Below, piece by piece: positions 11,049-20,421 of a stretch of 64,000 bases of DNA. Numbering within the stretch: position 1 is the first letter of the stretch; every line of letters starts with the position of its first letter. Origin of the DNA: Runella sp. (lineage in GTDB: Bacteria; Bacteroidota; Bacteroidia; Cytophagales; Spirosomataceae); assembly GCA_023254175.1 (NCBI GenBank), contig JALQYJ010000101.1, positions 9,173-73,172 on the forward strand, written 5' to 3'. Under the pieces are notes generated by a model. That model was not told the DNA's origin and made no database searches. It saw nothing but the letters and a program-made list of their open reading frames with translations. The translations under genes were made by a program, and so were the position numbers.

Positions 11049-11243
11049 TTAAAACAAAAACTTACTTAATTCACAGTCAACAGCTTGGTAATAAGACGAG
11101 TTTTTGGTGTAATCTAACTTCACGCCTTGAGTATGTGTTATTTCAATGATAGTCTCGGTGAGTTCTGTGTCAGGGTTTACTAACATGATATCAGGGGTAG
11201 CGTTTATCTCAAAAACAGAGTACGAATTACCAATCATTCCCAC
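11049..11243 (-). pseudogene. Possible gene remnant (64 codons), unassigned
   Basis: Short GTG-started ORF in a ~400-bp intergenic gap; EINATPDIMLVNPD loosely resembles a thioredoxin-fold C-terminus. Confidence 0.25.
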
Positions 11244-11377
11244 GTGAAGTAAGTCTCATTTTTGAGAACAATTTGCTTACTCCAGCGTTTTTCTTTTGAA
11301 TTAGAGGAAAGAGGGGAGTAAATTTTCGGGTTTTCCAGTATTTATAGCAAGAGACCTTTCCGATTAAGCCAAGTAGT

Positions 11378-12463
11378 ATGTACAAAGTTGTTTTCCGACT
11401 ATTCGTTGTTTTATTCGCTTTCCGTTCGTGGGCGCAGTCCGACACCACCATTACGCTGCAAGCCATCACGGGACTTCAATTTGATTTGGCACGTTTTGCT
11501 GTCAAACCCAATCAAAAAGTCAAGATTTTGTTTAAAAACGAAGACGACATGGCACACAATCTGGTAATTACTCAACCCGATAAACGCCTACCTGTGGTCG
11601 AAACTGTCATCAAAATGGGTGATAAAGCCCAAGCAGTTAATTACGTTCCGCCCATGCCTGAAGTGCTCGTGGCGAGCAAAATCTTGGTGCCTAATACTAC
11701 CGAAACCATCACTTTTACCGCGCCTGCGACCGAAGGGGTGTACCCGTACGTGTGTACCTACCCAGGGCACGGCTATGTGATGTACGGTGCAATGTACGTC
11801 ACCACTAGGCCATTACCGTTGCTTGCAACCGATCCCAACATTCCACCTTCGCGCCAAACGTTGGAACGGATTCTGAGTTCGCCGCACCCTTTTCCGTTAG
11901 AATATCCGCTGCTTTACCGCACATTCATGCCCGAATGTAGCCCTGCGGCTATTGCCGTGGCGTTGTCGGCGTCTCATGCCTATTGTTTTGATGCGGGCAA
12001 GTGCTATTTGCGCTATGCGTGGCGGGGTGGATTTGTGGACAATACTGACCACTGGAAAGGTAATGGAAATGCGCTAGGCAAAATCCAAGGAACAATTTAT
12101 TTTAAAGATAACGTCACCTACCCACTACGGGTAGGGAAAGCCGATAAGTTGCCCGAGGTTGATTTTAAAGGCTATACCCTGTCGAATCGCTTGCCGACGT
12201 TCCGATACGCCATTGATGGGGTAGAAGTACGCGAAACGCTCAAGGCATTGCCCAACGACGAAGGAGTATCGCGGACGTTTGTTTTCAGCAAACCGACAAC
12301 TCAAACCGTGTATTTGGTGACTCAGCATACGGACGGTATTACCTACAAATCGTCGGTGGGGAAGTGGCAAAACGGTACGTTGACGCTGCCTAAAGGAACG
12401 ACTAAATGCGTCGTGACGATGCAGGCACCACCCGCTGCCCAGGGAGCGCACCACGGGCATTAA
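11378..12463 (+). CDS. Secreted azurin/auracyanin-like type-1 copper protein with an extra C-terminal domain
   Basis: Signal peptide; MAHNLVI plus YPYVCTYPGHGYVMYG give His/Cys/His/Met ligands; C-terminal AIAVAL..YCFDAGKCYLRYAWRGGF domain. Confidence 0.82.
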   Translation: MYKVVFRLFVVLFAFRSWAQSDTTITLQAITGLQFDLARFAVKPNQKVKILFKNEDDMAHNLVITQPDKRLPVVETVIKMGDKAQAVNYVPPMPEVLVASKILVPNTTETITFTAPATEGVYPYVCTYPGHGYVMYGAMYVTTRPLPLLATDPNIPPSRQTLERILSSPHPFPLEYPLLYRTFMPECSPAAIAVALSASHAYCFDAGKCYLRYAWRGGFVDNTDHWKGNGNALGKIQGTIYFKDNVTYPLRVGKADKLPEVDFKGYTLSNRLPTFRYAIDGVEVRETLKALPNDEGVSRTFVFSKPTTQTVYLVTQHTDGITYKSSVGKWQNGTLTLPKGTTKCVVTMQAPPAAQGAHHGH

Positions 12464-12471
12464 CGGCCTCG

Positions 12472-12495
12472 TTTTCGGTTGTGAGCAACCGAAAA
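12472..12495. repeat. Perfect 10-bp palindromic hairpin between co-oriented genes
   Basis: TTTTCGGTTG-tgag-CAACCGAAAA. Confidence 0.6.
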
Positions 12496-12548
12496 GTTAC
12501 CCCAAAAAAAATTAGGTAAAACGAATACAAATAAGAATAGAACCAGCA

Positions 12549-14048
12549 ATGAATTTTTCCAAAAGTAGAGTGTTATACAAAAGCTCTTTGATTACCTATT
12601 TTTTGGTTCAATTAATGATAAGTCCGTTGTTTGCGCAGCGCGACACGATTACCAATTATTACGAAACCGAGCGAATCAAACTTCCCAAAGGACTTCGGGC
12701 CGAGACGGGCGGGATGGATTTTATGCCCGATGGGCGCTTGGTGGCGTGTTTTCACTTGGGAGAAGTGATGACTTACAACCCCAAAACCAAGGTTTGGAAG
12801 AAATTTGCGGAAGGTTTGCACGACCCCTTGGGCGTAGCAGCCATAAGCAATACGGAGATTTTGGTGATGCAACGCCCCGAACTGACGCGCATCAAAGACA
12901 CCAACAACGACGGTGTAGCGGATGTTTATGAAACCGTCACCGACGATTTTGGCATGTCAGGCAATTATCACGAATTTGCTTTTGGACCGCTCAAAGACAA
13001 AGACGGTAACTATTTTATTGCCCTCAACGTTGCCTCCAACGGTGCAGGGATTCGTCCCGAAATTCGTGGGACGTACGATTCGTTGAGCCGTGAAGGGCGG
13101 ATGTACTCGTGTGTACCGTACCGTGGTTGGGTGATGAAATACAACGTAAAAACGCAAAAGTTAGAGCCGTATGCGTCGGGTTTTCGTTCGCCCAATGGGC
13201 TAGGATTTGATGCCAAAGGTCGTTTGTACGTGTCAGATAATCAGGGAGATTGGCGCGGAACGAGCCCTTTGTATCACGTTGAAAAAGACAAGTTTTATGG
13301 ACACGTCGCGAGTTTGATTTGGAAAAAAGACTTTCCTCGCGTTAAGCCACTTTCGTTGCCCGTCGAAAAATTAGATAGTATGCGTACCCGAGAAGCAATT
13401 GCATTTCCACACACCGAAATCGCCCATTCGGTAACGCAGCCTTTGCTTGATAACACAGGCGGTAAGTTTGGGCCTTTTATGGGTCAACTATTTATTGGAG
13501 AAATGGATTACCCGCGTTTGGTGCGCTTGCTGATGGAAGAAGTGGGTGGACAAATGCAAGGCGCTTGCGTAGCTTTTGGCGATGGAACGGGTCTATTGAA
13601 AGGAAACAACCGCTTGGTATTTGATAAAAATGGCGATTTGTGGGTAGGACACAACGACCACGGCTGGGTAGGCGATGAAGGGCTTTCGCGTATTCATTGG
13701 AAAGGAAAAATTCCGCTGGAAATCATGGCGATGAACCTCACAAAAGAAGGGTTTGAACTTACGTTTTCGCTACCCGTAGATGCCAAGATAGCGACCAATC
13801 CGAGTTTGTATAAATTTCAGCGTTATTACTACAAATACCACCGCCTCTATGGCTCGCCTAAAACCGACGTGGCCGACGTCGCCGTGAAAGAAGTAACGCT
13901 ATCGCCCGACGGCAAAAAGGTATCCTTCAAATTGACCGAATTGAAAGCGGGTTACGTCTATGACCTCAAAATGGGCGAACTAAAAACCGCCGATGGAAAA
14001 CTGCTGATGAACCGCGCGATTTATTATACCTTGAATAAACTGAAATAG
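12549..14048 (+). CDS. Secreted glucose/sorbosone-dehydrogenase-like beta-propeller protein with a C-terminal beta-sandwich (PVC-type)
   Basis: FAEGLHDPLG, GNYHEFAFG, ASGFRSPNGLGF, SDNQGDW; C-terminal FELTFSLPVD...YGSP...LSPDGKKV. Confidence 0.75.
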   Translation: MNFSKSRVLYKSSLITYFLVQLMISPLFAQRDTITNYYETERIKLPKGLRAETGGMDFMPDGRLVACFHLGEVMTYNPKTKVWKKFAEGLHDPLGVAAISNTEILVMQRPELTRIKDTNNDGVADVYETVTDDFGMSGNYHEFAFGPLKDKDGNYFIALNVASNGAGIRPEIRGTYDSLSREGRMYSCVPYRGWVMKYNVKTQKLEPYASGFRSPNGLGFDAKGRLYVSDNQGDWRGTSPLYHVEKDKFYGHVASLIWKKDFPRVKPLSLPVEKLDSMRTREAIAFPHTEIAHSVTQPLLDNTGGKFGPFMGQLFIGEMDYPRLVRLLMEEVGGQMQGACVAFGDGTGLLKGNNRLVFDKNGDLWVGHNDHGWVGDEGLSRIHWKGKIPLEIMAMNLTKEGFELTFSLPVDAKIATNPSLYKFQRYYYKYHRLYGSPKTDVADVAVKEVTLSPDGKKVSFKLTELKAGYVYDLKMGELKTADGKLLMNRAIYYTLNKLK

Positions 14049-14116
14049 GGAGTCAGCGAAGAAAAGCGTATTTTTTTTTCCTACTTACTAAACTTGAGAG
14101 GCTTATAAGTGCACAA

Positions 14117-14185
14117 TTGGCGAAAAAACAGTATACGTTAGAAGAATATTTTGAGCTCGATAACCAGGAAAGTGTAAAATTAGAG
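14117..14185 (+). pseudogene. 5' stub of a Uma2-family endonuclease gene
   Basis: Reads LAKKQYTLEEYFELDNQESVKLE, like the Uma2 N-terminus (YTxEEYxxxE..KxE), then degenerates. Confidence 0.45.
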
Positions 14186-14312
14186 GCGATAAAAAATGCG
14201 TATACAATTTCCTTACTCTTTTTTTGTCATTTCCCAAGTTGGTTGTGCCTAATTGTGGATAGACCTGCCCTACGTCAGTTTAGCGTCTAGCTATGATTTG
14301 GGGGCAACGTTT

Positions 14313-14696
14313 TTACCGTAAAAACCAAACTTTACGTATCAAGTCCTTCTCCACCAAATAAATAGCCGTGGCCGAAAACGCTTGTCCGCGTCCCGTAATG
14401 TATTCTTTGTCAATGACATAGTTTCCCTGAATGATTCGCCCGTGCAAGGCAGCGAAGTTTTGGGGAAACTTTTTAAAAAGACTTCCATAATCACTTTCTA
14501 GGTCTTTTTTGGTCAAAACGCGTGGTTTGGCATTTTGAAAACTGTAAATCTCAACGGTATCGCTGTAGGTTTCTACAAACGCCTTGAGGTCTTGACGGTT
14601 GTAAGCATCTAATTGCTGTTGGACGATTTTTTCAGGATTTTGAGAAAATACCTTCCACGAAATAAAGAAAAATACGGGCAACAAGAGTGATTTCAT
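14313..14696 (-). CDS. Secreted NTF2/SnoaL-like protein
   Basis: IVQQQLDAYNRQDLKAFVETYS, RIIQGNYVIDKE, AIYLVE..LIRKVWF. Confidence 0.85.
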   Translation of the reverse strand: MKSLLLPVFFFISWKVFSQNPEKIVQQQLDAYNRQDLKAFVETYSDTVEIYSFQNAKPRVLTKKDLESDYGSLFKKFPQNFAALHGRIIQGNYVIDKEYITGRGQAFSATAIYLVEKDLIRKVWFLR

Positions 14697-14704
14697 AGCA
14701 AGGT

Positions 14705-15589
14705 TTATTTTTGATACACGCGTACGTAGTCGATGATGTATTTGGATGGAAATTTACTAGACGAAGGGTCGCCTCCGTTATCGCCACCGATGGCGAGGTT
14801 GAGCAGCAAATAGTGAGGTTGCCTAAAGGGGTTTTTCTGCGTACCGTCTTGGTTAATGGTATATTGAAGTTCAACAAAATTAAGCAATTCGCCGTCCACG
14901 TAAAGTCGAATGGCCTTTTCGTCCCAATCCATGCGCCATATGTGAAATTTCTTACTCCAACGCGGGTCTCGGAAGGTCTCAATCGGTTTCTTTAGGTCGC
15001 GCCAAATCGCTTTGAAGCGCGTTTCACTCCCCCACGCGACATTGGCTAACAACATGCCTCGGTAAAACTCCATGATGTCGATTTCGCCGTTGCGCGGCCA
15101 TTCGCCGTCTACGCCCAGCGTCCAAAACGCAGGCCAAATGCCTGCTTGCGTATCTATCTTCGCCCGCATTTCGAAGCGGCCATATTGCCAACTGTGCAAA
15201 CCTTGCGTTTTTAAACTAGCAGCGGTGTAGTTGATATTTTCTCGTTGTTTGCGCCAATCTTGGCTTTGGGCGTTATAGGTAGGGTTGGGTTTTTGTTCAC
15301 GTTGGCCTTCGATGATAAGTTTTCCTTTTTTGACATACGCATTTTCGGGTTGGTACCACTGCAATTCGTGGTTACGGACAAATCCTTTTTCAAAAGCCCA
15401 GTTTTGTGGATTGGGCGCCCCCTCGTTAGAAAACTCATCCGACCATACCAGTGAGTAGCCTGTATACTGGGGGATTTTTTGCCCAAAACATCCCAAAGGA
15501 GTACTCAAAAGTGCCACTAATAACCTCAGAAGGGTAAATATTTTGGTTTGGTATTTTTTTATTGATGTATTAGTAGGTCGCAATTGCAT
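14705..15589 (-). CDS. Glycoside hydrolase family 16
   Basis: WSDEF, GIWPAFW, catalytic EIDIME, LLLNLAIGG, IDYVRVYQ. Confidence 0.93.
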   Translation of the reverse strand: MQLRPTNTSIKKYQTKIFTLLRLLVALLSTPLGCFGQKIPQYTGYSLVWSDEFSNEGAPNPQNWAFEKGFVRNHELQWYQPENAYVKKGKLIIEGQREQKPNPTYNAQSQDWRKQRENINYTAASLKTQGLHSWQYGRFEMRAKIDTQAGIWPAFWTLGVDGEWPRNGEIDIMEFYRGMLLANVAWGSETRFKAIWRDLKKPIETFRDPRWSKKFHIWRMDWDEKAIRLYVDGELLNFVELQYTINQDGTQKNPFRQPHYLLLNLAIGGDNGGDPSSSKFPSKYIIDYVRVYQK

Positions 15590-15684
15590 TCGGTGGTGGA
15601 TTTTATGGTGACTTAATGGTTACTTTTTTTAAAATTTGTGTCAATTATAAGAGTTCGTACATTTTTAACTTATTCCAGTTATCC

Positions 15685-17169
15685 ATGAGAAAGACCTCAC
15701 AATTGTGGTTATACTTTGTAACTGCGGCGGCATTAGGGCTACAGAGCTGTTCTCGCAACCCCGTTACAGGTAAAAAAGAAATTATCTTCATGTCCCAAGA
15801 GCAAGAAATTGCTTTGGGGGCACAGTCGCACCCGTCAATTGTGGCTACAATGGGGTTGTATGAAGATGCGAAGCTACAAAACTTCATCAACGAAAAAGGG
15901 AAATCAATGGCGGCTATTTCACACCGTCCCGATTTGCCCTACCAGTTTCATATCGTAGATTCTCCCGTTGTCAACGCTTTTGCTGTTCCAGGCGGTTATG
16001 TCTATTTTACCAGAGGTATTATGGCTCATTTTAATAATGAGGCTGAATTTATGGGGGTATTAGGGCACGAAATTGGCCACATTACGGCCCGCCACTCAGC
16101 GCGTCAGCAGACTTCCCAAGTACTCGGTACTGTCGGCTTAATGGCAGGGATGGTGTTGTCGGAAAAAGTACGCCAAATGGGTGACCAAGCTATGCAAGGA
16201 TTGCAAATGGTGTTGTTGAGCTATAGCCGTGCGCACGAGTCAGAGTCTGACAAAATTGGGGTTGGTTATTCGAGCAAAGTAGGCTACGATGCCCGCGAAA
16301 TGGCGCAGTTTTTCGGAACCATCAAGCGCATTTCTGACAAAAGTGGCCAGGCAATTCCTACCTTTATGTCAACGCACCCTGACCCAGGTGATCGCTTTAC
16401 GAACGTGCGCCAAATGGCTGAAGAATACCAAAAAGCGAACCCTGGGCAGTATTTAGTGGAAAGAGAGCGTTATTTACGCATGATTGATGGGATTGTTTTT
16501 GGGGACGACCCAAAACAAGGATTTGTAGAAAACTGGAATTTCTACCATCCAGAATTGAAATTCCAATTCCCCGTTCCCCGTGATTGGCAGTACGAAAACT
16601 CACCCATACAGTTCCGAATGGCGGCCAAAGATGGTAAGTCGATGATGATGCTCACTGTTGCCGAGGGTAAAACTTTAGACGAAGCGGCGCAAAACGCGGT
16701 TAAAAACTATAATTTCAAAGTGCTGGAAAACAAAAAAACAACTACTAATGGCATTCCAACATTGGTGATGGTTTCTCAAATCCAGCAGCAACAACAGCAA
16801 GGAGGCCAAACAGCACCACAACAAGCCCAAGACCCAAATACAGTAGTGCAGGTAGTGACTTATTTGTACCAGTATAATGGCATGATTCTGGCGATGCACG
16901 GCATGAGTTACGCGCCTACGTTTGCTGCTAATTTACCTACGTTCCGTAATGTTGGGGAGAATTTTCGTAACCTCAACGACCCTGATAAACTTAACCGTAA
17001 ACCTGATCGTATTCGTATCAAAACGGTGGCGCGTACGGCTTCTTTCAAAGACGTAATGAAAAGCTTTGGAATGCCCGATAGTAAGTTGGAGGAATTGGGG
17101 ATTTTGAACCAACTGCAAGCCAACGACCAAGTACAGCAGGGGACGTTGGTCAAGATAATTACAAAATAA
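15685..17169 (+). CDS. M48 family zinc metalloprotease lipoprotein
   Basis: Lipobox LQSC, NAFAVPGG, HEIGH, ESESD, THP; LysM-like tail; start refined to 15685. Confidence 0.9.
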   Translation: MRKTSQLWLYFVTAAALGLQSCSRNPVTGKKEIIFMSQEQEIALGAQSHPSIVATMGLYEDAKLQNFINEKGKSMAAISHRPDLPYQFHIVDSPVVNAFAVPGGYVYFTRGIMAHFNNEAEFMGVLGHEIGHITARHSARQQTSQVLGTVGLMAGMVLSEKVRQMGDQAMQGLQMVLLSYSRAHESESDKIGVGYSSKVGYDAREMAQFFGTIKRISDKSGQAIPTFMSTHPDPGDRFTNVRQMAEEYQKANPGQYLVERERYLRMIDGIVFGDDPKQGFVENWNFYHPELKFQFPVPRDWQYENSPIQFRMAAKDGKSMMMLTVAEGKTLDEAAQNAVKNYNFKVLENKKTTTNGIPTLVMVSQIQQQQQQGGQTAPQQAQDPNTVVQVVTYLYQYNGMILAMHGMSYAPTFAANLPTFRNVGENFRNLNDPDKLNRKPDRIRIKTVARTASFKDVMKSFGMPDSKLEELGILNQLQANDQVQQGTLVKIITK

Positions 17170-17220
17170 AACTCGTAAAAACCCCTCTTGGTCGCAAAAT
17201 CGACTGAGGACGAGTAAATA

Positions 17221-17241
17221 AGCCCAAGCGAGGTTTGGGCT
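17221..17241 (+). terminator. Probable terminator after the M48 gene
   Basis: AGCCCAAGC-gag-GTTTGGGCT followed by TT. Confidence 0.45.
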
Positions 17242-17297
17242 TTCGCATCGAACGGAGTAGATTTGGGTTAGAATACTCACATTTACTCCGTTTTTGC

Positions 17298-20200
17298 ATG
17301 AAAAAAATCATTACACTTCTTATCACACTGGCGGTAACTTCGGCCATAAGGGCACAAACGCCCACTTTCCCCCGAAATGGGGTCTATGATGAGCGGCCAG
17401 AAATGTACGCTTTTACCAATGCGACCATTTATGTAGATGCTCGTACGGTCGTTGAAAATGGAACCCTTCTTATTAAAAACGGGATTGTCGTGGCGGCAGC
17501 CAAAGACGTTCAAATTCCGTCGGGTACGGTAGTTACTGACCTAAAAGGCCGTCGGATTTATCCTGCGTTTATCGACATGGAGTCGGATTACGGAATGCCC
17601 GAAATCGTTCGCGGACAGCGCAGTGGTCGTGGTTTTACCCAACAAATCGAATCCAACAAAAAAGGGGCGTATGGCTGGAACCAGGCCGTCAACGCTGAAA
17701 CGGAAGCAGGTAAGCTTTTTACCCTGAATGCCACCAAAGCCGATGAACTTCGTAAACTGGGCTTTGGGGCAGTACTGACGCACCACCACGACGGGATTGT
17801 GCGCGGAAGCGGTGCGTTGGTAAGTTTGTCTTCCGAAAGCGAAAATACGACCTTGTTGCGTCATCCTGTTTCGTTTCACTTATCATTTAATAAAGGTACT
17901 TCAATGCAGCAGTACCCTAACTCACCGATGGGCTCAATGGCCCTTCTCCGTCAGACGTATTATGACGCCGAGTGGTACAAAAACAGCGGTAAAAATGTAG
18001 AGTTTAACCTCTCACTAGAAGCATTTAACAAATTTAATTCATTGCCTACCATTTTTGAGGCGACGGACAAATGGAGCTTGATGCGGGCCGATAAATTGGG
18101 CGATGAATTTAAAACGCAATTTATTTTTAGAGGTTCAGGTGATGAATACCAACGCATCGACGAAATTAAAGCAACGGGTGGCGCTATCATTCTGCCCATC
18201 AATTATCCTTCGGCGTTCGACGTAGAGGATGCTTGGGATGCTGATAACGTAAGCCTTGCCGAAATGAAGCATTGGGAAATGGCGCCTGCCAACGCCGCCG
18301 CTCTCGAAAAAGCAGGTGTGAATTTTGCATTGACCTCGGCTTTGCTCAAAACAAAAACGGAGTTTTTGCCTAACCTTCGCAAAGCTATCGAACACGGCTT
18401 GAGCGAAACCAAAGCCCTCGAAGCCCTCACGACCATTCCTGCCCAATTACTCCAGTGCAGCGACAAAATCGGAAGCCTTAAAATAGGTACGTGGGCAAAC
18501 TTTATCATTACGTCGGGAAGTATTTTTAGCGCGGATAATATTATGTACGAAAACTGGATTCGTGGAAAAAAATACGTCATCAACTCATTGAGCCAAACGG
18601 ACATCCGTGGGACGTATCAGTTGAATTTGAACGATGAAAAAGGTAAGCTTGTCATTACTGGTAAGCCCGATAAGCCAGAATACCAAGTAGTATTGCGCGA
18701 TACGGTGAAAATTACGCCCAAAGTAACTTTCCTTAACGACGTCATTTCTATCAACTTCCAGCCCGACCGCCGTGTGCCCAATGCAACCACTCGTTTGACA
18801 GGTTATTTGGAAGGAACTACCTTGAAAGGAAGTGGCGAAAACGCCAAAGGCGAGGCTATCAAGTGGGCGGCTACGTTCCAAGAAGCCTACAAAGCGCCTG
18901 AAACACGCCGCGATTCTACCCAACGCCCAGTACCGAATGTCGGTAAACCGCTTTATCCGTTTGTTGGGTTTGGAAACACCGATAAACCAAAGCCTGAAAC
19001 CATTTTGGTAAAAAATACGACGGTCTGGACTAGCGAAGAGGCAGGGGTATTGACAAACACGGATGTATTGGTCGAAAATGGAAAAATTACCAAAGTAGGT
19101 AAAAACCTTTCGGTACCAACGGCTCGCATGATTGACGGAACTGGTAAGCACCTTACGCCTGGTATTATTGATGAACACTCGCACATTGCGCTTGCATCCA
19201 TCAACGAAGGGGGACAGTCAAGCTCGGCGGAAGTACGAATGAGTGATGTCGTTAATCCTGATGACATTAATATTTACCGTCAGTTGGCGGGAGGTGTAAC
19301 CATGTCACAGTTGTTGCACGGTTCGGCTAACTCAATAGGTGGGCAGTCGGCCGTCGTCAAACTTAAATGGGGAAGCAACGTCAACGAAATGCTTGTTCCC
19401 GAAGCGCAATATATCAAGTTTGCGTTGGGTGAAAACGTAAAACAGTCAAATAGTCCTAATGCTACTATTCGTTATCCCCAAACTCGTATGGGGGTAGAGC
19501 AAGTCTTTTACGATCATTTTATCCGTGCGCGTGAATACGACCGTTCGTGGGATGCTTACAATTCGATGAAAAACAAAATTGGTGTGCCAGCCCCACGTCG
19601 TGATATTGAATTGGAAACGTTGGCCGAAATTTTGAACGGCAAGCGCTTCATTACGTGCCACTCGTACGTACAATCAGAAATCAACATGTTGATTAAAGTA
19701 GCCGATTCGTTAGGGTTCAAAATCAATACATTTACGCACATTTTGGAAGGATACAAAGTAGCTGACAAAATGAAAAAACACGGTGTTGCAGGTTCGTCGT
19801 TTGCCGACTGGTGGGCGTACAAAATGGAAGTAAAAGACGCGATTCCGTACAATGCAGCGATTTTGGCCAAAGTAGGCGTATTGACTAGTATCAACTCTGA
19901 CGATGCTGAAATGGCGCGCCGCCTCAACCAAGAAGCAGCCAAAGCCGTTGAATATGGTGGCATTGCCGAAACGGAAGCCCTTAAGATGGTGACAATCAAC
20001 CCTGCTAAAATTTTGCGCCTCGACAAGCGTACAGGAAGTATCAAAGTGGGAAAAGACGCTGATTTGGTGTTGTGGAACAACCACCCGCTGTCTATTTATG
20101 CCCGTCCTGATTACACAATTGTAGAAGGGGCGATTTGTTATTCGACCGATGGCGATGAAAAACGCCGTGGTGAAGTAGAACAAGAGCGGGCTCGTTTGAT

Positions 20201-20327
20201 TCAAAAAATGATTTCTGCCAAAACAGGGGGTGCTACGGCCGTTCGTCCACCGTTCCGTCGTCAGCGCATGTGGCATTGCGAAGACGTTGAAGGAGTTACA
20301 GCGGAAGGAGAAGAGGAAAGGAAATAG
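17298..20327 (+). CDS. Secreted two-domain amidohydrolase family protein
   Basis: N-domain has FIDMESDY (no HxH); C-domain has IIDEHSH, IKFALGEN, CHSY, THILEG, NSDD; start refined to 17298. Confidence 0.85.
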   Translation: MKKIITLLITLAVTSAIRAQTPTFPRNGVYDERPEMYAFTNATIYVDARTVVENGTLLIKNGIVVAAAKDVQIPSGTVVTDLKGRRIYPAFIDMESDYGMPEIVRGQRSGRGFTQQIESNKKGAYGWNQAVNAETEAGKLFTLNATKADELRKLGFGAVLTHHHDGIVRGSGALVSLSSESENTTLLRHPVSFHLSFNKGTSMQQYPNSPMGSMALLRQTYYDAEWYKNSGKNVEFNLSLEAFNKFNSLPTIFEATDKWSLMRADKLGDEFKTQFIFRGSGDEYQRIDEIKATGGAIILPINYPSAFDVEDAWDADNVSLAEMKHWEMAPANAAALEKAGVNFALTSALLKTKTEFLPNLRKAIEHGLSETKALEALTTIPAQLLQCSDKIGSLKIGTWANFIITSGSIFSADNIMYENWIRGKKYVINSLSQTDIRGTYQLNLNDEKGKLVITGKPDKPEYQVVLRDTVKITPKVTFLNDVISINFQPDRRVPNATTRLTGYLEGTTLKGSGENAKGEAIKWAATFQEAYKAPETRRDSTQRPVPNVGKPLYPFVGFGNTDKPKPETILVKNTTVWTSEEAGVLTNTDVLVENGKITKVGKNLSVPTARMIDGTGKHLTPGIIDEHSHIALASINEGGQSSSAEVRMSDVVNPDDINIYRQLAGGVTMSQLLHGSANSIGGQSAVVKLKWGSNVNEMLVPEAQYIKFALGENVKQSNSPNATIRYPQTRMGVEQVFYDHFIRAREYDRSWDAYNSMKNKIGVPAPRRDIELETLAEILNGKRFITCHSYVQSEINMLIKVADSLGFKINTFTHILEGYKVADKMKKHGVAGSSFADWWAYKMEVKDAIPYNAAILAKVGVLTSINSDDAEMARRLNQEAAKAVEYGGIAETEALKMVTINPAKILRLDKRTGSIKVGKDADLVLWNNHPLSIYARPDYTIVEGAICYSTDGDEKRRGEVEQERARLIQKMISAKTGGATAVRPPFRRQRMWHCEDVEGVTAEGEEERK

Positions 20328-20421
20328 TCGATGGCGCTTGCCTCTGGGCAAGTGACGACTCTTAAAAGGCTTCCAGCCGTTACATTGTGTTGGTTTTACG
20401 AATGATTAAAAAGAAATTTCC

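Noticed and set aside
6224-15589. Possible polysaccharide utilisation locus (GH97, GH16)
   Set aside because: No susC/susD pair or regulator; the hydrolases are unlinked and on different strands
16783-16830. Poly-Gln stretch in the M48 protease
   Set aside because: Mixed CAG/CAA codons in a low-complexity linker; not a clean microsatellite
18585-20351. Several 100-213 aa minus-strand ORFs
   Set aside because: Antisense shadows of the amidohydrolase gene
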